From: Dehalococcoidia bacterium
GTDB lineage: Bacteria; Chloroflexota; Dehalococcoidia; GIF9; AB-539-J10
DNA length: 64,000 nt
Assembly: GCA_034431195.1 (NCBI GenBank)
Contig: DAOUDP010000016.1
Span: 1,839-65,838, forward strand
Reading direction: 5' to 3'
Positions within the stretch are counted from its first letter, which is position 1, and every line of letters begins with the position of its first letter. Shown here piece by piece: positions 18,395 to 28,057 of the stretch. A model generated the notes under the pieces. That model ran no database searches and was not told where the DNA came from. It worked only from the letters and a program-made list of their open reading frames with translations. A program made the translations under genes and the position numbers.

Positions 18395-19579
18395 ATGTTA
18401 GGCAGAGTTGTTTACCTGGACAACGCTGCAGCCACCCGTTTGGATGAGCGGGTGCTGGAGGCGATGAGGCCGTATTTCTTCGATACATACGCGGTTGCCA
18501 CCTCGGAGTTTGGCTATTCCCAGGGGATAGAAGCCCGAGAAGTACTGGACGGGGCCAGAGAGGCTATTGCCAGTGCTTTAGGTGCTGCCCCTGAAGAGTT
18601 CATTTTCACCTCGGGAAGTACCGAATCGTCTAACATTGCCCTCAAAGGAGTAGCACTGGCCCTTGGTAAGAAGAAAGACAAACACATAATTGTGTCAAAA
18701 ATCGAGGATTTTCCGGTACTTCACAGCTCACAAGCTCTGGAGAAACAGGGCTTCCAGGTGACCTATCTGGATGTCGATGGCGATGGCTTTGTGGGCCTTG
18801 ACAAGCTCAGAGATTCCATGACAAATGAGACCATTCTGGTTTCCATCCAGCATGCCAACCAGGAAATAGGCACCATCCAGGACATCGAAGGTATCGGTCA
18901 TATCTGTCGTGAGAAGGGGGTGCTTTTTCATACCGATGCCACACATACCTTCCCTTGGGTACCCCTCGACGTGAAGAGGATACCTGTGGATTTGGTAACT
19001 GTATCTGCCCACACCATCCACGGTCCAAAGGGCATAGGAGGCCTGTACATCCGTCAAGGAACACAGATAGCTAAGTGGGTAGACGGTGGATTTCAGGAAT
19101 TCAACCTTCGGGCAGGGCTGGAAAACATAGCCGGTGCAGTAGGATTCGCCAAAGCGGTAGAACTGATCACCCCTGAAGAAACCAAGCGACTGCAAGAAAT
19201 GCGTGATCGCCTCATTGACCGTATACTTGCCGAGATACCAAACAGTACACTGAATGGGCATCGCTGGAGGAGACTCCCACAGAATGCTAATATTACCTTC
19301 CACTTTGTGGAGGGCGAATCTATGACCCTGCATCTTGATATGCGTGGCTTTGCCGTGAGCACTGGCTCGGCCTGTTTCAGCCGCTCTCTGGAGGGCAGCC
19401 ACGTTATCTTTGGGATAGGCGGTGACCATGAAAGGACGCATGGCTCGATACGCTTTACCTTCGGGCGTTACAACACTATGGAAGACGTGGGTGCTGTGAT
19501 CCAGGCATTGGCTGAAATAGTGAAGGAGCTGAGAAGTATCAGCCCCTTGGGCAAAAATAAGGAAAAGGAGGAGGGTTAG
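18395..19579 (+). CDS. nifS: cysteine desulfurase (NifS/IscS family)
   Basis: 394 aa; PLP-fold class V with …SAHTIHGPKGIGGLYIR… and active-site STGSACFS. Confidence 0.85.
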   Translation: MLGRVVYLDNAAATRLDERVLEAMRPYFFDTYAVATSEFGYSQGIEAREVLDGAREAIASALGAAPEEFIFTSGSTESSNIALKGVALALGKKKDKHIIVSKIEDFPVLHSSQALEKQGFQVTYLDVDGDGFVGLDKLRDSMTNETILVSIQHANQEIGTIQDIEGIGHICREKGVLFHTDATHTFPWVPLDVKRIPVDLVTVSAHTIHGPKGIGGLYIRQGTQIAKWVDGGFQEFNLRAGLENIAGAVGFAKAVELITPEETKRLQEMRDRLIDRILAEIPNSTLNGHRWRRLPQNANITFHFVEGESMTLHLDMRGFAVSTGSACFSRSLEGSHVIFGIGGDHERTHGSIRFTFGRYNTMEDVGAVIQALAEIVKELRSISPLGKNKEKEEG

Positions 19580-19581
19580 AG

Positions 19582-20217
19582 ATGAGATTTCCATATAGCG
19601 AAACAGTACTTGAACACTTTCGACACCCCCGCAACGTGGGTAAGATTGAGAATCCTGACGGTAAGGCAACAGAAGGCAGCCCAGCCTGCGGGGACATGGT
19701 TGCTGTCTACATAAAAGTTGACCCAAAGACGAATACCATCGCAGACATCAAGTTTGAGTCTTACGGCTGTGCTTCCAACATAGCTACCGGCTCCATAATT
19801 ACGGAACTAGCCAAGGGAAAGACGTTGGATGAAGCAAAGAACATTAGCTGGAAAGAAGCTTCAGAAGCTCTGGGAGGGCTTCCCAAAATCAAAGTCCACT
19901 GCTCGGTGCTCGCTGTGGAAGGCTTACGCTCGGCCATACAAAACTATGAAGAGCGTCACGGTCTGGTCAGGGAACAAAAGCCGACCACTGTAGAGGTGGT
20001 TCGTCAGCGCCTCAAGAAGGTTATAAACCCTCTGACTGGTTTAAACGTGGTGCGTACAAACTTGGTCAAAGATATTGAGATAAAGGATGGAACAGTCCGG
20101 GTGCTTGTTGATGTACCTCAAGATCACCAGTTTGCTCACGCCATAAAGGAAGACATAACGGAGAGGATAGAGCCCCTGTGGGACGTTAAGAAACTAGTGG
20201 TTGAATTCACGGAATAG
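19582..20217 (+). CDS. nifU: Fe-S scaffold NifU/IscU N-domain fused to a DUF59 (MIP18/SufT-like) domain
   Basis: IscU cysteines in PACGDMV, YGCASNIA and HCSVLA; C-terminal ~90 aa (VRQRLKKVINPLTGLNVVRTNLV…) is DUF59-like. Confidence 0.75.
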   Translation: MRFPYSETVLEHFRHPRNVGKIENPDGKATEGSPACGDMVAVYIKVDPKTNTIADIKFESYGCASNIATGSIITELAKGKTLDEAKNISWKEASEALGGLPKIKVHCSVLAVEGLRSAIQNYEERHGLVREQKPTTVEVVRQRLKKVINPLTGLNVVRTNLVKDIEIKDGTVRVLVDVPQDHQFAHAIKEDITERIEPLWDVKKLVVEFTE

Positions 20218-20317
20218 GACCCTAGCTGGAATACAGGGCTCCTGTTACGTGTTGCTTATGAAGTCATGAATCGGTTAGCCAGGTTATTTGGAAAACGCAT
20301 TTCGTTACCTCACCCAG

Positions 20318-20782
20318 TCAAAGGTCTCTCACCATTTTTATATGTTTGATACCAGCTTCCCGGAAAGGTGAGCCTGATTCGTTAAAGCCGCAAGCCCTGT
20401 AGAATTCTATAACTCCGAACTGGGCATGAAGAACCACCTTTTCAACTTGCTTATTCTTTAATTCCTGAGCCAGAAAGGACATCAGCTTCCTTCCTATTCC
20501 TATATGGCGAAACGGCTCTAACACAGCCATCCTTTCCAGCTTAACCTGTTTGGTATCTAAAAATCGAACTCTAGCGGTTCCTATCGGCTTCTCTCTGTCT
20601 TTAACTACCACATGCATTGCCTGGCCTTCACAGCCATCGAATACCACATCTTCCTGAACGCCCTGTTCATCAACAAATACCTGCCTTCTCACCTCAAAGG
20701 CGTCCGTTAACTCATCGTCGTTTTCCACAAGTTTATATATGAATCCCTTCATAGCGGTAACATCGAATATTGCTTGAACCAC
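20318..20782 (-). CDS. GNAT family N-acetyltransferase
   Basis: 154 aa; acetyl-CoA-binding motif RHIGIGRKLMSFLAQELK. Confidence 0.7.
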   Translation of the reverse strand: MVQAIFDVTAMKGFIYKLVENDDELTDAFEVRRQVFVDEQGVQEDVVFDGCEGQAMHVVVKDREKPIGTARVRFLDTKQVKLERMAVLEPFRHIGIGRKLMSFLAQELKNKQVEKVVLHAQFGVIEFYRACGFNESGSPFREAGIKHIKMVRDL

Positions 20783-20931
20783 TTAATATTATAAGTGAAT
20801 ATTGCGCAAATGGGTTATTATAATAAGAAAACAAGTAGGGAGAATCTGGTGGGGAGATGAGCGAGTTTTGCAAGACATAGTTCAGCCTCAGGGGAGGAGA
20901 GAAGCACTTCCTATTTGCTACAATTAGTTAA

Positions 20932-21540
20932 ATGGAATCAGGTAACAGGAGAAAAACAATAAGGAGGATATCCAAGTATCTTTTAGTTGTAGTGGTTGCT
21001 TTGGCCTTGGGAGTTGGTTCTGCGTTATTGGGACTTGGCTTTATGACTGAAAAGGACTTAATTAGAAATGGGGAATGGTATACCGGCCTTACCTACGGCA
21101 GTGAGCAAGCTGGGATGTATACCAGGGCTGCAGTTGCTATTGTGGCCCTTTTTGCACTTGACAGGTCCGAGGTGATTTATTACACGGCAGATACCGACGA
21201 TGCTGGACAGCTACTGCAGTCGAGTTGTGACTACAGAATTGAAGGTAGCAGTCTTGATCCGTATGCCTCCTGGTGGAGCATCACGGTATATGGCGGTGAT
21301 AATTTTTTGATCCCCAATGAGCAAAACCGCTACTCCTACACTAATAAGAATATCGAGTATGATGCGGATGGGAACTTTACTATCTTTTTGTCCTCAACTC
21401 CCAAAACGGGCAACTGGCTCCCTACGGGTAATCAAAACAAAATCATTCTTATGCTGCGTATGTATAATCCAGCACCATCTGTTTGTGAAAACCTCGATAC
21501 TATTGAACTGCCCCATATTACGAAAGAGGAATGTGAGTGA
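20932..21540 (+). CDS. DUF1214 domain membrane-anchored protein
   Basis: 202 aa with N-terminal TM; RAAVAIVAL…PYASWWSITVYGGDNF…NRYSYT…NWLP matches the DUF1214 consensus (FWSLTxY…NRYS…NWLP). Confidence 0.6.
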   Translation: MESGNRRKTIRRISKYLLVVVVALALGVGSALLGLGFMTEKDLIRNGEWYTGLTYGSEQAGMYTRAAVAIVALFALDRSEVIYYTADTDDAGQLLQSSCDYRIEGSSLDPYASWWSITVYGGDNFLIPNEQNRYSYTNKNIEYDADGNFTIFLSSTPKTGNWLPTGNQNKIILMLRMYNPAPSVCENLDTIELPHITKEECE

Positions 21541-22073
21541 AAAACTGGATAAAATTGGTGGTGATAACGCTTCTATTAGCTGCGGTAATTCATGTAGCTA
21601 CAGTCGCAGTGTTACCGTATGGGATTACACTTCGTACCTTGGCAGGTATGAAGCAAAAGACACCTGACGGCCAGATGAACATGATATATCAGGCGCCTCC
21701 GATAACAGCCGATAGCCGAGATGTGGTTAGACCCTCCCCTGACCTTCTATACTCCATTTGCGTTTATGAAGTGAGTGATAAGCCGCTTAATATCGTCGCT
21801 CCAATACCTGATGACACTTATTGGTCAATGTCCTTTTACGCAATTAACACAGACAATTTCTTTGTTATGAATGACCGAACCGCTAAATCAAACCCAGCTG
21901 ATATACTTCTGGTCGGGGAAGACATGCCTTACCACGATACCGGAGATTCAGAGGTGGTCATTGCCCCAAGCAACATGGGTGTTATCCTCTTTCGCATTCT
22001 CGTCACCGATAAAAGCGAATTAAATAACCTGATGCAAGTTCAGGAACAGGCATACTGCAGCTTGGTTGATTGA
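21537..22073 (+). CDS. DUF1254 domain membrane-anchored protein
   Basis: 178 aa with N-terminal TM; PSPDLLYSICVYEVSDKPLNIVAPIPDDTYWSMSFY is DUF1254-like. Overlaps the previous gene by 4 nt. Confidence 0.6.
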   Translation: MKNWIKLVVITLLLAAVIHVATVAVLPYGITLRTLAGMKQKTPDGQMNMIYQAPPITADSRDVVRPSPDLLYSICVYEVSDKPLNIVAPIPDDTYWSMSFYAINTDNFFVMNDRTAKSNPADILLVGEDMPYHDTGDSEVVIAPSNMGVILFRILVTDKSELNNLMQVQEQAYCSLVD

Positions 22074-22102
22074 AAAAAGGGCAAACAGAAGGAGGCAACT
22101 AA

Positions 22103-22603
22103 ATGGAGGTATTAGAAGCAATCAAGACTAGAAGAAGCATAAGGAAATACAAGAAGGACCCTGTCCCACAGGAAAAATTAGAGAAGATCCTGGACGCGGG
22201 AAGATGGGCACCATCTGCAAGCAATTTACAGCCATGGAAGTTCATAGTCCTAAGCGACTTCGAGGTAAAGGAAAGGGTGGCGAAATTGCTTGCTTGGGGA
22301 AGATTTCTGGATGAAGCACCCATGGGCATTGCTGTAGTGGCAGACCCCAGGGCATCAAACCATCCTGTAGAGGATGGCTCAATAGCAGCATATAGCATGC
22401 TTCTTGCTGCCCATGCGGTTGGTCTTGGCGCGTGTTGGCTCAATCCTTCCGCTAGTGAGGAGGAGGTGAAGGAAATACTTGGCATTCCCAAGGAGGAGAG
22501 GTTAATTTCCGTAATATCAATTGGATATCCCGCCGAAGCTCCCTCCACGACCAGGAAGGAATTAAAGGACATTACTTTTGCTAATAGGTACGGAAGCAAA
22601 TAA
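22103..22603 (+). CDS. nitroreductase family protein
   Basis: 166 aa; N-terminal AIKTRRSIRKY…PSASNLQPWKFIV signature. Confidence 0.8.
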   Translation: MEVLEAIKTRRSIRKYKKDPVPQEKLEKILDAGRWAPSASNLQPWKFIVLSDFEVKERVAKLLAWGRFLDEAPMGIAVVADPRASNHPVEDGSIAAYSMLLAAHAVGLGACWLNPSASEEEVKEILGIPKEERLISVISIGYPAEAPSTTRKELKDITFANRYGSK

Positions 22604-22707
22604 AGGCTGCAAAACCGAGCACCGCAATTTTGGCAAAGGGAAGTAGAACAGCTACCGGGGAAAAGCTTGAGAGCATCAGCCTTTCAGATTTGGCTAGGAA
22701 GCTGCAG

Positions 22708-22728
22708 GTGTAAGATGCTGTTTTACAC
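22708..22728 (+). promoter_or_regulatory. inverted repeat GTGTAA-N9-TTACAC upstream of acyl-CoA dehydrogenase gene (candidate operator)
   Basis: Seen directly: gtgtaagatgctgttttacac, about 50 nt upstream of ATG 22776. Confidence 0.3.
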
Positions 22729-22775
22729 AGAGTGCGCATAGATTTTTAAAATTTAAAAAGGAAGGTAAGTGAAAC

Positions 22776-24011
22776 ATGGAAATTATAGGAAGGAAATATT
22801 TGGATGTGTTAATACCAGAGGAAGCTGCGTTCATGCAGCAAGCGCTACATGCCTTTGTTGACAATGAGATTATGCCGGTTCGCCAACAGATTGACTATGA
22901 CGACGAACATAAGCTGGTTGATAGCATTCGCCAGGGCTTGACAGACCTTGGTATTCAGAAGGCTATGTTTCCTGAGAAGTATGGCGGCATGGGCATAACG
23001 TCAATGATCCTCTCTTTCATAGCTTTTGAAGAGATCGCTCGTGGGGATGTGGCAATAGCCATCGCTACAGGCTGTACTCCCTGGTGCTTTGCACCCGCCA
23101 TACTTGCTTCAAACGAAGCGGTCCTGGACAGATTTGCACCTCAATTCTGTGGCGATGAGCTCCAGACAGGCTGTTTTGCGGTGACTGAACCAGCTAGTGG
23201 CTGTGATATTGAAAACCCTGAGATGCATGGACGCACAATAAAGACTATAGCAAAACTCGATGGCGATGAATGGGTAATCAACGGTAACAAATGCCTGGCA
23301 AGCAACTCTGGGGTCTCCCAAGCCTACTGTATAGTCTGCACCACGGATCCCAATTTGGGAGATGAAGGGATTGCCCTCATGTACGTGCCATATCCCGTTG
23401 AGGGCATGTCATTTGGTAAGTTCGAGGATAAAGCAGGGATGCGAGCAGACAGGAATTGCGATATCTTCTTGGATAACGTGCGGATTCCCAAGGAATATCG
23501 CGCCGCCGGGCCAGGAAAGAACGCAGAGCTTTTTACGTTTAATGTTATTATGGGCAGAGGTGGTGCCGCTGGATTCTCTATAGGGGCTGCTCAAGGCGCC
23601 TTTGAAAAGGTCTTGGAGTATACTACGGATAGAATCGTAGCTGGCAAACCGATAAGAGAGCATTCAGTATGTGCTTGTATGTTAGCCGATATGGTCATCG
23701 GCATCGAGACCGCCAGAGCTTACTATATGAACCTTGCCTATATGATAGATGAGTCCAGGATCGTTGACACAATCGGCAGTAAAGGATTGGATCCGCAGCT
23801 TGCAAGTTTCTTCCTGTCGAGGGCAAGCCTGGCCAAAGTCTATGCTGATGATGTAGCTGTTATGGTTACAAACAAAGCTATGGAGCTTATGGGCTCTTAC
23901 GGTTATCTTCACGATTATGATGTGGAGAAGTATTGGCGAGATTCTAAGGAATGCCAGCTATATGAGGGAGGAGCCCAGCTAGGCCGGCTTGACATAATAA
24001 GAAATTACTGA
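22776..24011 (+). CDS. acyl-CoA dehydrogenase family protein
   Basis: 411 aa ACAD fold; C-terminal catalytic region …YEGGAQLGRLDIIRNY. Confidence 0.8.
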   Translation: MEIIGRKYLDVLIPEEAAFMQQALHAFVDNEIMPVRQQIDYDDEHKLVDSIRQGLTDLGIQKAMFPEKYGGMGITSMILSFIAFEEIARGDVAIAIATGCTPWCFAPAILASNEAVLDRFAPQFCGDELQTGCFAVTEPASGCDIENPEMHGRTIKTIAKLDGDEWVINGNKCLASNSGVSQAYCIVCTTDPNLGDEGIALMYVPYPVEGMSFGKFEDKAGMRADRNCDIFLDNVRIPKEYRAAGPGKNAELFTFNVIMGRGGAAGFSIGAAQGAFEKVLEYTTDRIVAGKPIREHSVCACMLADMVIGIETARAYYMNLAYMIDESRIVDTIGSKGLDPQLASFFLSRASLAKVYADDVAVMVTNKAMELMGSYGYLHDYDVEKYWRDSKECQLYEGGAQLGRLDIIRNY

Positions 24012-24022
24012 GCACAGCTTTA

Positions 24023-24430
24023 CTATCTCAGCCAGTCGATTTCTATTAAGTGCTCTACCTTGGTGAAGTCAGTGTCCCCGGTGACAAGAGTGGCATCATA
24101 TTTTATGGCAGTGGCAACAGCTAAGGCATCAGCATAGGCGATGGGAAATTGGACTTTGATTTTTGCTGCCTCTATGACATCAGAAAAGGAGTTAGGAATT
24201 ACCGTTATGGCAAGAGCCTGGAGAATATCATGCAGGAAGTATTCTGCGGCATCGAGTGACCGCTCTCGAGCAAGGATATAGTAGACCTCTCCCACATTGA
24301 TTTCGTTCATCAAAAGGTCTTCTTCACCTTCCTGATGGGAGGCAAGGATGTGTTTGACCTTCTGATAGCTCTTTTCTTTCTTCAGGTATGTCAAGAAGGC
24401 AAAGGAGTCAAGCAGTCTTGCTTTCTTCAC
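24023..24430 (-). CDS. vapC: PIN-domain ribonuclease toxin (VapC-like)
   Basis: 135 aa; PIN acidic residues (LLDSFAF…, …TGDTDF…). Confidence 0.65.
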   Translation of the reverse strand: MKKARLLDSFAFLTYLKKEKSYQKVKHILASHQEGEEDLLMNEINVGEVYYILARERSLDAAEYFLHDILQALAITVIPNSFSDVIEAAKIKVQFPIAYADALAVATAIKYDATLVTGDTDFTKVEHLIEIDWLR

Positions 24431-24659
24431 GTATTAGTTCCTGCCTACGGGCTTTGAGCAAAGCATCGGTAAGTGAAGCACCTTCTTGGAATACCCCGCA
24501 GAAGGCTTCCACTGGCTCTGTGGGAATGGCGGTGAGCTCTACTTTCTGGTCACCAACTAGTCTCAGGCTTACCTTCTGTCCCCCCTTTAATCCTAGCTTC
24601 TTGCGTATTTCCTTGGGTATCAGAATCTGTCCCTTTGCCGATGTTTTTACAATTGCCAT
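24408..24659 (-). CDS. vapB: AbrB/MazE/SpoVT-type antitoxin (VapB-like)
   Basis: 83 aa; MAIVKTSAKGQILIPKEIRKKLGL swapped-hairpin motif. 23-nt overlap with the PIN gene. Confidence 0.65.
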   Translation of the reverse strand: MAIVKTSAKGQILIPKEIRKKLGLKGGQKVSLRLVGDQKVELTAIPTEPVEAFCGVFQEGASLTDALLKARRQELIREESKTA

Positions 24660-24759
24660 TTTGTCCTACATTTCTCCTAAAGTTTAACTATTCAAACTAA
24701 GTATAACCAATTTAGGGTAAGTTGTCAAAATGGTAGACTGGTTAGCTAACCGGGGAAAA

Positions 24760-24833
<74 letters not shown>

Positions 24834-24900
24834 TTGCCCATCTTATTATAAGGTGGTTTAATTACCAGAGCAAATGAAATATTGTGGTTGTTTATTTATC

Positions 24901-24965
24901 ACCCTGAGCGATAACGAAGGGTCTCGAGATTGCTTCGCTTCGCTCGCAATGACAGGGGAAGGGCT
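24901..24965 (+). repeat. hairpin repeat (…gagattgcttcgcttcgctcgcaatgacag…), source of a spurious 'LRFARNDR' N-terminal extension
   Basis: Same family as 14834-14870, 27421-27490 and 59261-59415. Its translation gives the MLRFARNDRGRAQNG prefix of track ORF 24930. Confidence 0.65.
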
Positions 24966-24998
24966 CAGAATGGCAGGCAAGAGTTGCTAAATGCTCCG

Positions 24999-26183
24999 AT
25001 GAAATATTGCGTTGTGGTAATTGATGGAGCAGCAGGCTGGTCTCTACCCCAGCGTGGCGGGAAGACTTGTCTGGAGCTGGCGAGGACTCCAAATCTGGAT
25101 GCTATGGCCAGTGAAGCTACCATCGGGCTTGTTCGCACGGTGCCACCAGGGATGGAGCCCAGCAGTGCCTGTGCCTGTATGTCGCTACTGGGTTATGACC
25201 CTAAGGTGTATTACCGAGGCAGAAGTGCTATCGAAGCTAGAAGCATGGGTATTCCCATTGAAAGGGATGAGGTCGTTTTCCGATGTAATCTGGTTGCTGT
25301 GCGTGATGGGAAGATGTGGAGTTATAGCTCAGGACATATCAGCACAGAGGAAGCGAAACAGCTTATCGCTAGTTTAGATGAAAATCTTGGCAGTGATGAA
25401 GTGCATTTCTATCCCGGTGTGAGCTACCGGCACATATGTAAGATAAGAGGGCATAAGAATACACTTACGGCTGCCTGTACTCCCCCGCATGATATTCCTG
25501 ATAAGCCTGTTGCTGAATTTCTTCCTCACGGGGCAGGGAGTAGCTTTTTGAAAGGCCTCATGGAGAGATCAAAGTCTATGCTTGTAGGGCATCCGGTAAA
25601 TGAAGCACGCAGGTCTCGTGGCGATATACCATCTACGATGATATGGCTTTTCTGGGGTAGTGAGAGAATACCTGATATGCCTCCTTTCAAGGAGGTTTAT
25701 GGGCTTGATGCTACCCTGACCTCAGGTGTTGACCTTTTGCAGGGATTAGCCAAAATGGTGAGAATGGACGTGTTAAACATCCCTGGTGTGACCGATGGAC
25801 TGGATAATGACTATGCTGCTCAGGCAAAAGGTGCTTTAGAAGCACTTAAAGAATGCGACCTGGTGGTTATTCACGTAGAAGCGCCGGATGAGGCTGCCCA
25901 TGCTGGTGCCATAGATGATAAAATGGAGGCCATCCAGGAGGTGGATGGGAAAATCGTCAGCCGAATTTGCCAGTGGGATAAGGATGCTATTCGTGTTTTG
26001 GTCATGCCTGACCACGCAACGCCTATTGAAGTTCGGACTCATACCGGCGAGCCGGTTCCATTTATGCTGTGGGGCAAGGGATTTAAGGCTAACAGGGCAA
26101 AGAGGTTCACCGAGGCTGAGGCTAAAGGGACAGGCTTTTTCATTGAGGAAGGATATAATATTATGGAGAAATTGATACGGTGA
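24999..26183 (+). CDS. apgM: 2,3-bisphosphoglycerate-independent phosphoglycerate mutase, archaeal-type (ApgM family)
   Basis: Trimmed from 24930 to the ATG at 24999 ([15 protein letters not shown]…); metalloenzyme superfamily. Confidence 0.75.
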   Translation: MKYCVVVIDGAAGWSLPQRGGKTCLELARTPNLDAMASEATIGLVRTVPPGMEPSSACACMSLLGYDPKVYYRGRSAIEARSMGIPIERDEVVFRCNLVAVRDGKMWSYSSGHISTEEAKQLIASLDENLGSDEVHFYPGVSYRHICKIRGHKNTLTAACTPPHDIPDKPVAEFLPHGAGSSFLKGLMERSKSMLVGHPVNEARRSRGDIPSTMIWLFWGSERIPDMPPFKEVYGLDATLTSGVDLLQGLAKMVRMDVLNIPGVTDGLDNDYAAQAKGALEALKECDLVVIHVEAPDEAAHAGAIDDKMEAIQEVDGKIVSRICQWDKDAIRVLVMPDHATPIEVRTHTGEPVPFMLWGKGFKANRAKRFTEAEAKGTGFFIEEGYNIMEKLIR

Positions 26184-26191
26184 GGAGTAAC

Positions 26192-27418
26192 GTGGCGTTA
26201 GTGGTTCAAAAGTATGGTGGTAGCTCAATTGCTGATGGGGAGAGAATTAGGAGCGTGGCTCGAAGGGTAGCCAAGGCCAGGGATGAGGGAAATGAAGTGG
26301 TGGTTGTTGTCTCAGCGATGGGGGATACCACTGATGAGTTGATCAAATTAGCTCACCAGGTTAGTGCACAACCCAGTGATAGAGAGCTTGATTTGTTGCT
26401 TTCTACAGGTGAGGTAGTTTCCAGCACTCTTCTGGCGATGGCTCTGGAAACTCTGGGCTATAGGGCGGTCAGCCTTAGCGGTGCTCAAGCGGGCATCGAG
26501 ACTGATTCCAGGTATAGCAGGGCTCGGATTCTTCGTGTTGATCCGAAGCGGATCGTCGATGAGTTGGCGAGAGGGAATATCGTCATCGTGGCCGGATTTC
26601 AGGGTATGACCCGGGAGATGGATATTGCCACTTTAGGTCGGGGTGGCTCTGATACCACCGCGGTTGCCCTGGCTGCCACCCTGGAGGCTAAGGAATGTCA
26701 AATCTACACCGATGTCGAAGGAGTTTATACTGCTGACCCTCGTATTGTGCCCGAGGCAACTAAGTTAAAGAAAGTTGGCTATGAGGAGATGCTTGAATTA
26801 GCTAGCTATGGAGCGAAGGTGATACATCCCCGGGCAGTAGAATTGGGCGGTTTACATAATGTGCCAATACTGGTAGCTTCTAGCTTTGTTGATCGCCCAG
26901 GCACTATTATTTGTAAGGAGGCATCTATGGAGGTAAGAGAGGTAGGAAATAAGGTGAGCGGCATTGTCCACGATACTAATGTAGCCAAAGTCACGGTCAT
27001 TGGGGTTCCTGATCACCCTGGCATCGCTTCAGCTATATTTGAGCCTTTAGCCAATGCTGATATAAGTGTGGACACCATTGTTCAGAATGCCAGCATCGAA
27101 AAGATTGCTGACCTTACCTTCACGGTGACGCGAAGTGATCTATCCAGGGCGATGTCTATTGTGGAGACTGTGGCTAAGACTATAGAGGCAAAACGATGTG
27201 TTGCTGATTCTAAATTAGCCAAGGTCAGTATTGTTGGAACGGGTATGTTAAACACACCTGGCTATGCTGCTAAGATGTTCCGCACACTTTACGAACAGGG
27301 CATCAATATCCAGTTAATCACCACTTCGGAAATAAGGATAACCTGTATTGTTTCTGAGGATAGGGTTGAGGATGCTGTCCAGGCTTTGCATAGAGCTTTT
27401 GAGCTTGAAAAAGAATAA
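26192..27418 (+). CDS. lysC: aspartate kinase with C-terminal ACT domains
   Basis: VVQKYGGSS… kinase N-terminus and two ACT repeats. Likely GTG start at 26192 with RBS gaggag; the track start 26180 overlaps apgM. Confidence 0.85.
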   Translation: MALVVQKYGGSSIADGERIRSVARRVAKARDEGNEVVVVVSAMGDTTDELIKLAHQVSAQPSDRELDLLLSTGEVVSSTLLAMALETLGYRAVSLSGAQAGIETDSRYSRARILRVDPKRIVDELARGNIVIVAGFQGMTREMDIATLGRGGSDTTAVALAATLEAKECQIYTDVEGVYTADPRIVPEATKLKKVGYEEMLELASYGAKVIHPRAVELGGLHNVPILVASSFVDRPGTIICKEASMEVREVGNKVSGIVHDTNVAKVTVIGVPDHPGIASAIFEPLANADISVDTIVQNASIEKIADLTFTVTRSDLSRAMSIVETVAKTIEAKRCVADSKLAKVSIVGTGMLNTPGYAAKMFRTLYEQGINIQLITTSEIRITCIVSEDRVEDAVQALHRAFELEKE

Positions 27419-27420
27419 CC

Positions 27421-27490
27421 TGGGATTGCTTCGTCCCCTTCGCTTCGCTCTGGGCTGCGGCTCACAGCGCTTCTCGCAATGACAAAGAGG
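27421..27490 (+). repeat. hairpin repeat copy (gattgcttcg…ctcgcaatgaca) immediately downstream of lysC; possible terminator
   Basis: Shares termini with the other family copies; sits just after the lysC stop. Confidence 0.55.
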
Positions 27491-27610
27491 AACGCACCCG
27501 GCAATGAGAGAAAGTGAGTGCCTCACGATGACATAGGAGGTGCAGGTATTGAATTCTCACCTTAGAATGGGGTATCTTTACAAAGTTTTGGCTGTTCTTG
27601 GTCAGGAGGC

Positions 27611-28057
27611 TTGGTGATGAAGAAGAATGTTAAGGACTTTGTATCGAGCAAGTTTGTTAAAGTGGCAGAGGAAGACCAAATTTCACAGGTAGTAGTCAAG
27701 ATAGCTGAAGATAAAGAGACTATGCTTGCCTGTGTGCTGGACGAAGAAGGTAGACTCAAGGGGATAATAACGCCCAAAGAGGTTCTAAGGGCAGTAGAGA
27801 TACGAGAATTTGGCACTATCAGGCGTCCTTTTTTTGAAGGTCCAGAAATCTTGCGTGTCTTAAGCTCAAAATATGCTAAAGATATAATGAGCTTCCCGGT
27901 AAGCGTAAAGCCAGAAGATAGTGTAGACAAGGCAATCGACATAATGCTTGATAAAGGATTTTATGAAGTGCCCGTAGTTGATGAGCAAGGGAAAATGGTC
28001 GGAGTGATAAATTATTTCAGCGTAATCACCAGTTCGGTGGAATATCTTAAACCATAG
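27611..28057 (+). CDS. CBS domain pair protein
   Basis: 148 aa, two CBS motifs. Confidence 0.65.
   Translation: MVMKKNVKDFVSSKFVKVAEEDQISQVVVKIAEDKETMLACVLDEEGRLKGIITPKEVLRAVEIREFGTIRRPFFEGPEILRVLSSKYAKDIMSFPVSVKPEDSVDKAIDIMLDKGFYEVPVVDEQGKMVGVINYFSVITSSVEYLKP

Noticed and set aside
18728-19726. Long antisense track ORFs inside well-supported genes (332 aa opposite nifS/nifU; also 49834-50376 opposite hppA, 31868-32206 opposite the M20D gene, 15423-16102 opposite rarA)
   Set aside because: The opposite-strand genes have strong family signatures. These are GC-driven spurious frames with no motifs.
24930-24998. N-terminal extension MLRFARNDRGRAQNGRQELLNAP of the ApgM-family ORF
   Set aside because: Encoded by the interspersed hairpin repeat. 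The family-typical start [10 protein letters not shown] begins at 24999.
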